IMG/VR virus record: IMGVR_UViG_3300037321_000115
DNA from: a virus
Taxonomy: Duplodnaviria; Heunggongvirae; Uroviricota; Caudoviricetes
Strand: one strand, 5' to 3'
Length of the DNA stretch: 64,000 nucleotides
Of the stretch, positions 45,806 to 54,360 are shown one piece after another. Below the pieces are notes generated by a model. It made no database searches. It was not told where the DNA came from and saw only the letters and a program-made list of their open reading frames with translations. Position 1 is the stretch's first letter, and each line of letters begins with the position of its first letter. Made by a program: the position numbers and the translations under genes.

Positions 45806-48259
45806 ATGGTAGTTAAACTGAAGAACAACGCGCGCGGGTTTCTCGCTGCTGCTATTACCGATGTGGACACGCAAGTCGTACTGGCTGCGGGCACTGGTAC
45901 TGCGTTCCCTGCGCTAAGCGCGGGTGAAAGTTTCTTTGCTACAGTCGTGTCAACAGATAACACCTTCGAGATCGTGGATGTCACAGCGCGAGTCGGCGAT
46001 GTACTGACTGTTGTGCGCGCCGCCGAGGAGACAATCCCGCGGGCGTTTGGTCCGGGTAGCCTTGTCGAGTTGCGCGTGACCGTGGGGAACCTGACTAGCA
46101 CAACCGCGTTGTTCCGTGAGCATCGCCCCGGTGATGCCCCTGATTATTTTACCCTGACGGGCGGCGCGCTCGCCACCGGCCTGAACGGAAAAGTCTACCG
46201 GTTTACTGGACTCGGCATGGCGGCGATGAAGTACTCTGTCCCGCTTGAGCTCGGCCAGACGTACACACTACGCCTCGGGTATCAACGGTTCACGGACAGC
46301 GGCGATCCTGCTAACGACGGCCTTACCGCGGGTATCGACTGGTACAACGGCTTCAACAACAAGATCGGCGAGACGGTTGTCCATTCAGACAACACGTTGC
46401 TGGTAAGCTCGCTACGGCGAGAGTTCTCGTATTCGCTCGGGTTTCCGGGCGGCGAAGTTTACGACGTTTACATTCCGCAGTCCGCGCGCTACGGCATCGC
46501 GTGGTATAGGTCCTACGGGGCCGGCCACGAGACAGACCTAGATACGCTGAGCTTGGCGCCGACGGCGCTACCTACGCCGCTGGTTGTCTCAGCGGATGAA
46601 ATCGTAATCCCTTCCGATTTCCAGTGGCCTGCAGGTATGATCCCTGCTGGGGCTGGCGTTGCTGATTCATACACTGTAGAGCGCACTTTCTACGTGACGA
46701 TGGGCGGCAGCGATGCAAACACGGGGACTAGCCTCGGCGCCTCATTGGCGACTATTGGCGCGGCGCTTGCAAAAGCCGCGGCGCTCGAAGTCCCGTGTGG
46801 TGTGATTGTTTACCCCGGTGAGTATACGGTTCAGCCGGACACAGAAGTCCCTATGAACTGCCTGCTGTACGGGTACGACCTACGTGCAACGAAGCTGTCG
46901 CTGCCCAATGGTTTGGCACAGAACAACATGTTCCTGTTGAACAGCGGCGTCAAAGTCCGCGGGTTTACGTTTACCGGATTGCAGCATGACTCAGCGCCAG
47001 ATTACGTGAACGAAGACTCCGGCCTCGCAGCAGTTGCTGAGCTGGAGTACTTTACCGTTGGGGCAACGCTGTATCGGAAAGTAAACGGCGTGGCCACGCA
47101 GCCCGAGTACGACTACCCACCCACGAAAGGCTTTGCGTTTGTGTTTAAGCCCGGTGCGGTCATCATCCGTTCACCGTACATCTCTGACTGCTCTGTGCTG
47201 CACAACTTCACGCAGGACCAGCTGACGCTGCCTATCGACCGTGCAGCGGGTAACCCGCTCATGCCGCGCGGCGGCGGTAACCTGCTGGCCGACGGCTCTG
47301 TGCTTGCGCCTTCCTCGCCGCTACGGTCCGTGGTGGTCGACAGCTTTACAGGGATCAACCCGAACGGCTACGCCTACCTGATTAAACGCAACGCGTTTGT
47401 GCAGCTTGTGTCGGTGTTCACGAACTGGAGCCGCTACGGCCTGTGGTGTCTCGATGGCGGGCAGGTTACGGTCGCCAACTCCAACAACACCTTCGGGGAC
47501 TACGCGCTTGTGGCGACTGGGTTCCGCAACACGATTCGCATCCCTGACCCTGTCGGGCAGCCGCGCGGCGTCTACGTTGCAACAGCAGACGCAATCCTTG
47601 AGCAACAGGCTACGATCATCGAGGAGATGTACGCACAGCTCGCTGCCGAGTTTGTGGCAGTACAGAACTTCAGCGCTGAGAACGAGGCGCTGACGCGCCG
47701 CGACGCCGCCACGCTGCTCAAGCAGCTGTCGGACGACTTCCGGTCTGGGCAAGACCGCGGGGCGCAGTTCTTTGTGAAGGGCCTGTTCAACTGGAACGCT
47801 GAGTACCACTTCGACGCTGGGCTCCTCCCAATATTCCTGCGCAGCTGGGAGATCATCCAAGCACGAATCCTCGCACGCTGTGCTCTGACCTCTCCGGCTG
47901 AGGACATGCTGGACTCGCTGATTACGCTCATCAAGACCAATGTCGAGACGCCACCTACACTGGGGTTCCCGTCTGTGGTCGAAGCAACTGGGCAACAGTT
48001 CAGCTACGTCGGCTCGGGGGTGAACTACAACTCGCTGCCGTTCTCCCAGCGTGGCACGGGTGAGGCTGTCGACCCAGCCTTTGCGAACCTCAAACTCGAC
48101 GGCGGGCGCGTATACGCCACCTTCTCGACCGAGCTAGGAGATACGTACCTTGGAGACGACCTCCGGGTGGACTTCGAGCGCGGTACTGTAGAGGGACAAG
48201 CATTTTCCCGGGGCGTGCAGAACATTGCGTTGCCACTCATTCAAGCGCTAGGAAACTGA
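45806..48259 (+). CDS. Tail fibre/spike with beta-helix-like central domain
   Basis: N-terminal KLKNNA...FEIVDVTAR anchor; TFYVTMGGSDANTG, RSPYISDCS and AFVQLVSVFT motifs. Confidence 0.75.
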   Translation: MVVKLKNNARGFLAAAITDVDTQVVLAAGTGTAFPALSAGESFFATVVSTDNTFEIVDVTARVGDVLTVVRAAEETIPRAFGPGSLVELRVTVGNLTSTTALFREHRPGDAPDYFTLTGGALATGLNGKVYRFTGLGMAAMKYSVPLELGQTYTLRLGYQRFTDSGDPANDGLTAGIDWYNGFNNKIGETVVHSDNTLLVSSLRREFSYSLGFPGGEVYDVYIPQSARYGIAWYRSYGAGHETDLDTLSLAPTALPTPLVVSADEIVIPSDFQWPAGMIPAGAGVADSYTVERTFYVTMGGSDANTGTSLGASLATIGAALAKAAALEVPCGVIVYPGEYTVQPDTEVPMNCLLYGYDLRATKLSLPNGLAQNNMFLLNSGVKVRGFTFTGLQHDSAPDYVNEDSGLAAVAELEYFTVGATLYRKVNGVATQPEYDYPPTKGFAFVFKPGAVIIRSPYISDCSVLHNFTQDQLTLPIDRAAGNPLMPRGGGNLLADGSVLAPSSPLRSVVVDSFTGINPNGYAYLIKRNAFVQLVSVFTNWSRYGLWCLDGGQVTVANSNNTFGDYALVATGFRNTIRIPDPVGQPRGVYVATADAILEQQATIIEEMYAQLAAEFVAVQNFSAENEALTRRDAATLLKQLSDDFRSGQDRGAQFFVKGLFNWNAEYHFDAGLLPIFLRSWEIIQARILARCALTSPAEDMLDSLITLIKTNVETPPTLGFPSVVEATGQQFSYVGSGVNYNSLPFSQRGTGEAVDPAFANLKLDGGRVYATFSTELGDTYLGDDLRVDFERGTVEGQAFSRGVQNIALPLIQALGN

Positions 48260-48260
48260 C

Positions 48261-48674
48261 ATGCCAACAATTACTTCGCCACGCCCGCCGCTGAACCTGT
48301 TTGAGGTATCTCGTATCGACGTACCGTCGTATTATACGACGATCCTTGAGACGCCGGACTACCTTATCCCAGCCAACGGGCCAAACCCCGCGCGCGCGGT
48401 GCAGGCGGTAGCTCTGCTGACGTCGCTTATTGTGGCCAACAACAGTGACGCAACGCTGCAGTTCTCAATGCGGTTCCTTGACAGCGAAAGCCGGTCGTGG
48501 GTTATCCTGAACCAGATGGAGATTCCGCCCTACGACTTTGCAGTGGTTGAACTAGGTAAGCAGAACCTGCCGAGCGGTGACAGCCTGCAGCTCAAGTGTG
48601 AGAACTTTCAGGGCGCGGTGGCAAGCCTGTCCTACGTCCTCAACCAACGCGAAGAATACACGGTGATAGCATGA
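48261..48674 (+). CDS. Putative virion structural protein
   Basis: PLNLFEV...LTSLIVAN...LPSGDSL beta-sandwich-like; follows the tail spike. Confidence 0.65.
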   Translation: MPTITSPRPPLNLFEVSRIDVPSYYTTILETPDYLIPANGPNPARAVQAVALLTSLIVANNSDATLQFSMRFLDSESRSWVILNQMEIPPYDFAVVELGKQNLPSGDSLQLKCENFQGAVASLSYVLNQREEYTVIA

Positions 48675-48925
48675 GCAGTGTGAAGTTTGCATCCGGACGG
48701 GAGCGGACGGTCGGCCACTCGTTGGTCTACACAACACCCGTTGAGCTTGACCCCTTGGCGTACAAAGGTGCCGTCGTGGCAGGCGAGGACAACCTCCTGC
48801 ACTACTCGGTGGGCGACCGCTGGGTGGGCGTAGCGCCGGTTCTCTCGACCCTCATCGACGCAGGCAACGCTGAGACTGATTACACCGGTGGTGCAAAGAT
48901 TGACCTTGGGAGCGCCCAGACATGA
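48671..48925 (+). CDS. Hypothetical structural protein
   Basis: ATGA coupling; ends in IDAG...IDLGSA. Confidence 0.6.
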   Translation: MSSVKFASGRERTVGHSLVYTTPVELDPLAYKGAVVAGEDNLLHYSVGDRWVGVAPVLSTLIDAGNAETDYTGGAKIDLGSAQT

Positions 48926-49248
48926 GCAACACGATCAGTGCTTCGATATTTCAGCTGGCGCTGCGTGGTGACACGCTTGCGCGGTGGACGTCGTTCAACC
49001 CAGTTCTTGCCGACCGCGAGATCGTGCTGGAGAAAGACACAGGGCAGTTTAAGATCGGGGACGGCACAACAGCCTACCTGAGCCTGCCCTATGGCGGCAT
49101 TGTTGGGCCTACAGGTCCGCAAGGCACGTCGATTGTTTTCAAAGGGTCAGTCACTACTGTCGAGGACTTGCCAACCGAGGGTAACGAGATCAACGACTCG
49201 TACCTCGTCGAGGCTGACGGAAATATTTATATCTGGGATGGTGTCTAA
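48922..49248 (+). CDS. Mtd_N / hyaluronidase-N-like fibre N-terminal domain protein
   Basis: [43 protein letters not shown], then GPTGPQG. Confidence 0.8.
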   Translation: MSNTISASIFQLALRGDTLARWTSFNPVLADREIVLEKDTGQFKIGDGTTAYLSLPYGGIVGPTGPQGTSIVFKGSVTTVEDLPTEGNEINDSYLVEADGNIYIWDGV

Positions 49249-51644
49249 TGGCGTGGATCAATGCAGGTAGCGTAAGCGTCGGCCCGACTGGTCCAACAGG
49301 GGCACAGGGTATCCAAGGTATTGACGGTATCGACGGTATTGCTGGGCCAACGGGCCCTACCGGCGCTGACGGAACTCCCGGAGGTCCGACCGGACCCATT
49401 GGTGATTTAGGCCCTACCGGCCCAACGGGCCCTGCAGGCGCTGACGGCTCCGAAGGTACTGTAGGACCTACCGGCCCTCAGGGTGCTGACTCTACATTCG
49501 TTGGCCCGACCGGTCCGACCGGTCCGCAAGGTATTGACGGCCCTCAGGGTGCTGACTCTACAGTCGTTGGCCCAACAGGTCCTACCGGCGAAACGGGTCC
49601 GACTGGTGCTGACTCTACAGTCGCCGGTCCAACAGGTCCAAGTGGCACAGGCCCGACCGGCCCAACAGGACCTACCGGTGCTGACTCTACAGTCGTTGGT
49701 CCAACAGGACCTACTGGCGAAACGGGCCTCACCGGCCCTCAGGGTGCTGACTCTACAGTCGTTGGCCCGACAGGACCTACAGGCGAAACGGGCCTCACCG
49801 GCCCTACAGGCGCGGACTCTACAGTCGCTGGCCCAACAGGTCCTACCGGCGAAACGGGTCTCACTGGCCCTCAGGGTGCTGACTCTACAGTCGTTGGCCC
49901 AACAGGTCCTACAGGCGAAACGGGCCTCACCGGCCCTCAGGGTGCTGACTCTACAGTCGTTGGCCCAACAGGTCCGACCGGTCCGCAAGGTATTGACGGC
50001 ACCGCGGGCACGACTGGCCCCACAGGCCCGCAGGGTATTGGAGGTATTGACGGCACCGAGGGCCTGACCGGACCGACCGGCCCGCAGGGTGAGGACTCCA
50101 CAGTCGCTGGACCTACAGGCCCCACTGGTGGAGTGGCCGATATTGACACACACTTGAATACTTCCACGGCTGTAACCGGAGAGGTTTTGTCGTGGGACGG
50201 GGCGGACTACGATTGGATTGCCCCCGCTGGAGGCCCAACATTACAAGCAATCGCCTCTGGTACACTGCCAAATGGAGTGCCTGTAGTTATCAATCCAGAT
50301 GGTACTGTGAGTGCGGTTGGTCTTAGTTCTTCTGAAGCTGTCGTGTTCGAGAGTGCAAGTACCGACAACATCTCGGCCACCTTTGACAGCAACTCAAACA
50401 AAGTTGTCATTGCTTATAGAGACAATGGCAACTCCAGCTTCGGCACTGCCATTGTAGGAACTGTCAGTGGGACTTCAATCAGCTTCGGCACTCCTGTCGT
50501 GTTTGAAAGTGCATATACCGACAACATCTCGGCCACTTTTGATAGCAACTCAAACAAGGTCGTCATTGCTTATAGAGACTACCCCAACTCTCAATTCGGT
50601 ACTGCCGTTGTAGGGACTGTCAGTGGGACTTCAATCAGCTTCGGCACTCCTGTCGTGTTCGAGAGTGCAGCTACCACCAACATCACAATCACTTTTGACA
50701 GCAACTCAAACAAAGTCGTCATTGCTTATTCTGACGGTGGTAATTCCTACTTCGGCACTGCCATTGTAGGAACTGTCAGTGGGACTTCAATCAGCTTCGG
50801 CACTCCTGTCGTGTTCGAGAGTGCAAGTACCAACTACAGCTCAGCCACTTTTGACAGTTTCAACAACAAGGTCGTCATTGCTTATTCTTACGGTGGTAAT
50901 CCCTACTTCGGCACTGCCATTGTAGGAACTGTCAGTGGGACTTCAATCAGCTTCGGCACTACTGTCGTGTTCGAGAGTGCAAATACCAGCTACATCTCAG
51001 CCACTTTTGACAGCAACTCAAGCAAGGTCGTCATTGCTTATAGAGACTACCCCAATTCCAACTTCGGCACTGCCATTGTAGGTACTGTCAGTGGGACTTC
51101 AATCAGCTTCGGCACTCCTGTCGTGTTCGAGAGTGCAAATACCACCAACATCACAATCACTTTTGACAGCAACTCAAACAAAGTCGTCATTGCTTATAGA
51201 GACGCTGGCAATTCCAGCTTCGGCACTGCCGTTGTAGGGACTGTCAGCGGAACCTCAATCAGCTTTGGTACTGCTGTCGTGTTTGAAAGTGCAAGTACTG
51301 ACTTTATCTCGGCCACTTTTGATAGCAACTCAAACAAAGTTGTCATTGCTTATAGAGACGTGGGCAATTCCAGCTTCGGCACTGCTATTTCAATTGATAG
51401 CCTAGACGCTGTAGGAACAAATCTGACCACTGAGAACTACATTGGCTTTTCTGCTGGAGCCTACGCTGATGCTGCCACAGCTACTGTGCAAATTGGCGGT
51501 TCGGTAAATGAGTCACAGTCAGGCTTGGTAACGGCGCGGCGATACTTCGTGACCGGTACCGGCGCCTTAGCTACAACTCCGAGCATCCCAAATGTCTACG
51601 CAGGTCTAGCTGTAGCCACCACTAAAATCATTATAAAAGGATAA
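49248..51644 (+). CDS. Collagen-like fibre with C-terminal 52-aa repeat (beta-propeller-like) head
   Basis: About 290 aa of [10 protein letters not shown] collagen repeats, then seven 52-aa repeats. Confidence 0.85.
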   Translation: MAWINAGSVSVGPTGPTGAQGIQGIDGIDGIAGPTGPTGADGTPGGPTGPIGDLGPTGPTGPAGADGSEGTVGPTGPQGADSTFVGPTGPTGPQGIDGPQGADSTVVGPTGPTGETGPTGADSTVAGPTGPSGTGPTGPTGPTGADSTVVGPTGPTGETGLTGPQGADSTVVGPTGPTGETGLTGPTGADSTVAGPTGPTGETGLTGPQGADSTVVGPTGPTGETGLTGPQGADSTVVGPTGPTGPQGIDGTAGTTGPTGPQGIGGIDGTEGLTGPTGPQGEDSTVAGPTGPTGGVADIDTHLNTSTAVTGEVLSWDGADYDWIAPAGGPTLQAIASGTLPNGVPVVINPDGTVSAVGLSSSEAVVFESASTDNISATFDSNSNKVVIAYRDNGNSSFGTAIVGTVSGTSISFGTPVVFESAYTDNISATFDSNSNKVVIAYRDYPNSQFGTAVVGTVSGTSISFGTPVVFESAATTNITITFDSNSNKVVIAYSDGGNSYFGTAIVGTVSGTSISFGTPVVFESASTNYSSATFDSFNNKVVIAYSYGGNPYFGTAIVGTVSGTSISFGTTVVFESANTSYISATFDSNSSKVVIAYRDYPNSNFGTAIVGTVSGTSISFGTPVVFESANTTNITITFDSNSNKVVIAYRDAGNSSFGTAVVGTVSGTSISFGTAVVFESASTDFISATFDSNSNKVVIAYRDVGNSSFGTAISIDSLDAVGTNLTTENYIGFSAGAYADAATATVQIGGSVNESQSGLVTARRYFVTGTGALATTPSIPNVYAGLAVATTKIIIKG
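49280..50130 (+). repeat. Collagen G-X-Y coding repeats with recurrent GGTGCTGACTCTACAGTC units
   Basis: Eight ADST plus one EDST interruptions with near-identical DNA. Confidence 0.9.
50340..51390 (+). repeat. 156-nt coding tandem repeat, about 6.7 copies
   Basis: Units start at 50340, 50496, 50652, 50808, 50964, 51120 and 51276 (VVFESA...FGTP). Confidence 0.95.
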
Positions 51645-51650
51645 ACACAA

Positions 51651-51908
51651 ATGAAAACGCTCACCAAAGACAACCTGTCCCTCTACCTATTTGAAGATGA
51701 CAAACCACTGCTGATCGAAGCTGACAAAATTACTGTCAGTGATCCTGCCGAGTTTATCATCGGTGACTGCAGCAGCGAGAACACAGTCTTACATGAAGGT
51801 GTCACTGGCCCGGAAGATTGGACAGGTGGCAAGTACTTTTATGACGGTACAGACTTTACGCTGAATCCCAACTGGACTGATCCAGACACAGTAAATTATC
51901 TTTTGTAA
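51651..51908 (+). CDS. Small acidic protein following the fibre (possible fibre chaperone)
   Basis: PAEFIIGDCSSENTVLHEGVTGPEDWTGGKYFYDGTDFTLNPNW; its last codons may cross the compositional junction. Confidence 0.7.
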   Translation: MKTLTKDNLSLYLFEDDKPLLIEADKITVSDPAEFIIGDCSSENTVLHEGVTGPEDWTGGKYFYDGTDFTLNPNWTDPDTVNYLL

Positions 51909-52183
51909 TCTTGCCACTGAAGTAGATTTTACACATTACTACAAACCTATTTAATAAACAGTATTGTATTTGCCACAACACAAATGTTGTTTTTAAATTA
52001 TGTACATGAGAATGGCGTAGCATCAGAAAGCACGCCATTCAATAAATCACGTATCTTTAATATGCGAACAGGCAATACAAGAAGTTTCATGGATGTTGCA
52101 CTTCTGCAAAACTTAACATTATTACTTTTCCTGAATATCTATATAAACATACATATGTGCTGGATAACAGATATCCTATTTGT

Positions 52184-52191
52184 TATAAATA
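52184..52191 (+). promoter_or_regulatory. T4-type late promoter
   Basis: TATAAATA, about 30 nt upstream of the ATG at 52223. Confidence 0.8.
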
Positions 52192-52222
52192 GGACTAACA
52201 ACAAGAGTAGAAGGTTTCCACA

Positions 52223-52561
52223 ATGACAACAAGAGCAAATCTCTATGTAGATCAGGGAATTGATTTTCTACTTCGTCTTCAGATTACACTAGATGAAAAC
52301 ACCACAGAAGGTTTGACTTTCTACTCTAGTGCAAGAAAAGTTTATTCATCTGCTAAGTTGTTTGATGCCTCAGTTACAATAGAAGAAAATGGCGGTGGTG
52401 AAACAGTAGATTTGGACATTTTCATTGGAGCTGAAAAGACCGCCGATCTAGAACCTGGTAAATACCAGTACGATGTAATTTATACTAATCAAAATGGAAA
52501 TGTGAAAAAGTTACTGGAAGGCACTGTCCACATAATCCCAACTATCACAAGACCGGAGTAG
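52223..52561 (+). CDS. T4-like phage small virion structural protein
   Basis: ANLYVDQGIDF...GKYQYDV...KLLEGTVHIIPTITR pattern typical of T4-like myoviruses. Confidence 0.7.
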   Translation: MTTRANLYVDQGIDFLLRLQITLDENTTEGLTFYSSARKVYSSAKLFDASVTIEENGGGETVDLDIFIGAEKTADLEPGKYQYDVIYTNQNGNVKKLLEGTVHIIPTITRPE

Positions 52562-52565
52562 GAGA

Positions 52566-54326
52566 TTGAGTGATTTAATCGTAATACCTGGCAGCACCGT
52601 AGGTTCTATAGTAGCAGTAAATACTGTAGGAAATAGAGGGTACACAGGTTCACAGGGCACCAGTGGCTTTGACGGATCTAAAGGCAACAGTGGCTTTTCT
52701 GGTAGTAGAGGTTTTACTGGATCTCAAGGTGTAGCGGGCGCATATGCTGCTGTTGGCTATACAGGCTCAAAAGGCGAGATAGGCTTCACAGGTTCTCTCG
52801 GCTTTACTGGATCACTCGGCTTTGCAGGATCCCAAGGCGAACTAGGTTACACTGGTTCGTTAGGCTTTTCTGGGTCCCAAGGTATTCAAGGTGTAGCAGG
52901 AGAGGCCGCCTCTGTTGGCTTTACAGGCTCAAAAGGCGAGACTGGCTTCACAGGTCCTCTCGGCTTCACAGGTTCGAAAGGCGATATAGGTTCTCGGGGA
53001 TACGCGGGTTCGCAGGGCAGTATAGGTTTCGCAGGATCACAGGGCAGTATAGGTTTCGCAGGATCACAGGGCTTGATAGGCTTTTCTGGGTCGCGCGGCC
53101 AACTAGGGTTTACTGGGTCGATTGGTTACACTGGGTCGCTAGGATTTACTGGTAGCCAAGGTACAACTGGTTTTGACGGATCCAAAGGCGATTTGGGTTA
53201 TGCTGGTTCCCAAGGGGCAGGATTTACTGGTAGCCAAGGTACAACTGGTTTTGATGGATCCAAAGGCGATTTGGGTTATGTCGGTTCGATTGGTTACACT
53301 GGGTCGCTAGGATTTACTGGTAGCCAAGGTACAACTGGTTTTGATGGATCCAAAGGCGATTTGGGTTATGTCGGTTCGATTGGTTATGTCGGTAGCCAAG
53401 GTACAACTGGTTTTGATGGATCCAAAGGCGATTTGGGTTATGCTGGTTCAATTGGTTATGTCGGAAGTCAAGGTACAACTGGTTATTCTGGATCCAAAGG
53501 CGATGTAGGATACACTGGATCTTTTGGATTTACTGGCAGTAAAGGTGTTTTGGGTTATTCTGGATCGCAAGGTGATGTAGGATATGCTGGGTCCAAAGGC
53601 GATTTGGGTTATGCTGGTTCAATTGGTTACACCGGGTCACTAGGATTTACTGGTTTTGTTGGATCCAAAGGTGACCTAGGCTATGCAGGTTCTATTGGTT
53701 ACACTGGCAGTCGAGGTGATACTGGCTTTGTTGGTTCCAAGGGAGACTTTGGTTTTACTGGAAGTCAAGGCACAGCTGGGTTTACCGGATCCAAAGGTGA
53801 CGTAGGATTTACCGGATCTAAAGGTGACACTGGCTATGTCGGCTCACAAGGAGCAGGATTTACCGGATCCAAAGGTGACTTAGGATTTACCGGAAGTCAA
53901 GGTCCTGCTGCAGAAGGTTCAAGTATTACTATAACCAACGAAACTACTGATGCAACCAGATTTTTAGGTTTCGTTGGATCTAGTAGCGGAGTTGCGCAGG
54001 TAATATACGTTGCTTCAGATAAATTGTATTTTAATCCTTCAACTGGCACATTAAATGCTACTGAATTTAACTCTCTATCTGATGCAAATTATAAAGAGAA
54101 TTTCAATTCTGATATAGACAGTCTTGGTATTATTAATCAAATTGGCACATACTCCTTTAATTGGAAAGACAACAAGAAGAAAAGCTACGGTGTTATTGCA
54201 CAAGAACTAGAGCAGATTGTGCCAGATTTAGTAACAACAAACGAAAATGGTGTCAAGTCGGTCTCTTACATACCTCTGATTGCAATATTGGTTGACGCGG
54301 TAAGGAAATTGAGCAAGGATAAATAA
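52566..54326 (+). CDS. Collagen-like fibre (GFTGS repeats) with C-terminal S74-type intramolecular chaperone
   Basis: About 420 aa of G-X-Y repeats; SDANYKEN, YSFNWK and YGVIAQELEQIVPDLV motifs. Confidence 0.85.
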   Translation: MSDLIVIPGSTVGSIVAVNTVGNRGYTGSQGTSGFDGSKGNSGFSGSRGFTGSQGVAGAYAAVGYTGSKGEIGFTGSLGFTGSLGFAGSQGELGYTGSLGFSGSQGIQGVAGEAASVGFTGSKGETGFTGPLGFTGSKGDIGSRGYAGSQGSIGFAGSQGSIGFAGSQGLIGFSGSRGQLGFTGSIGYTGSLGFTGSQGTTGFDGSKGDLGYAGSQGAGFTGSQGTTGFDGSKGDLGYVGSIGYTGSLGFTGSQGTTGFDGSKGDLGYVGSIGYVGSQGTTGFDGSKGDLGYAGSIGYVGSQGTTGYSGSKGDVGYTGSFGFTGSKGVLGYSGSQGDVGYAGSKGDLGYAGSIGYTGSLGFTGFVGSKGDLGYAGSIGYTGSRGDTGFVGSKGDFGFTGSQGTAGFTGSKGDVGFTGSKGDTGYVGSQGAGFTGSKGDLGFTGSQGPAAEGSSITITNETTDATRFLGFVGSSSGVAQVIYVASDKLYFNPSTGTLNATEFNSLSDANYKENFNSDIDSLGIINQIGTYSFNWKDNKKKSYGVIAQELEQIVPDLVTTNENGVKSVSYIPLIAILVDAVRKLSKDK

Positions 54327-54360
54327 ACCAATACCTTAAATTCTACATGATGGATATAAA

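Noticed and set aside
58-49000. Numerous long overlapping or antisense ORFs in the ORF track (for example 128-625 minus, 6845-7339 minus, 12828-13514 minus, 23035-23631 plus, 28834-29580 plus, 38790-39434 minus)
   Set aside because: These are shadow ORFs expected at high GC opposite well-supported genes; they have no RBS or coupling and no recognisable motifs.
50340-51390. CRISPR array
   Set aside because: The 156-nt units are in-frame coding repeats, without short repeats separated by unique spacers.
48922-51644. Diversity-generating retroelement (Mtd_N-like domain plus near-identical repeats)
   Set aside because: No reverse transcriptase or separate template repeat is in the window, and differences between repeats include C/T/G changes rather than adenine-specific ones.
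51909-52222. Gene or homing-endonuclease remnant at the junction (ORFs 51984-52226 plus, 51856-52038 minus)
   Set aside because: Hand translation of the frames gave only short ORFs without convincing GIY-YIG or HNH motifs.
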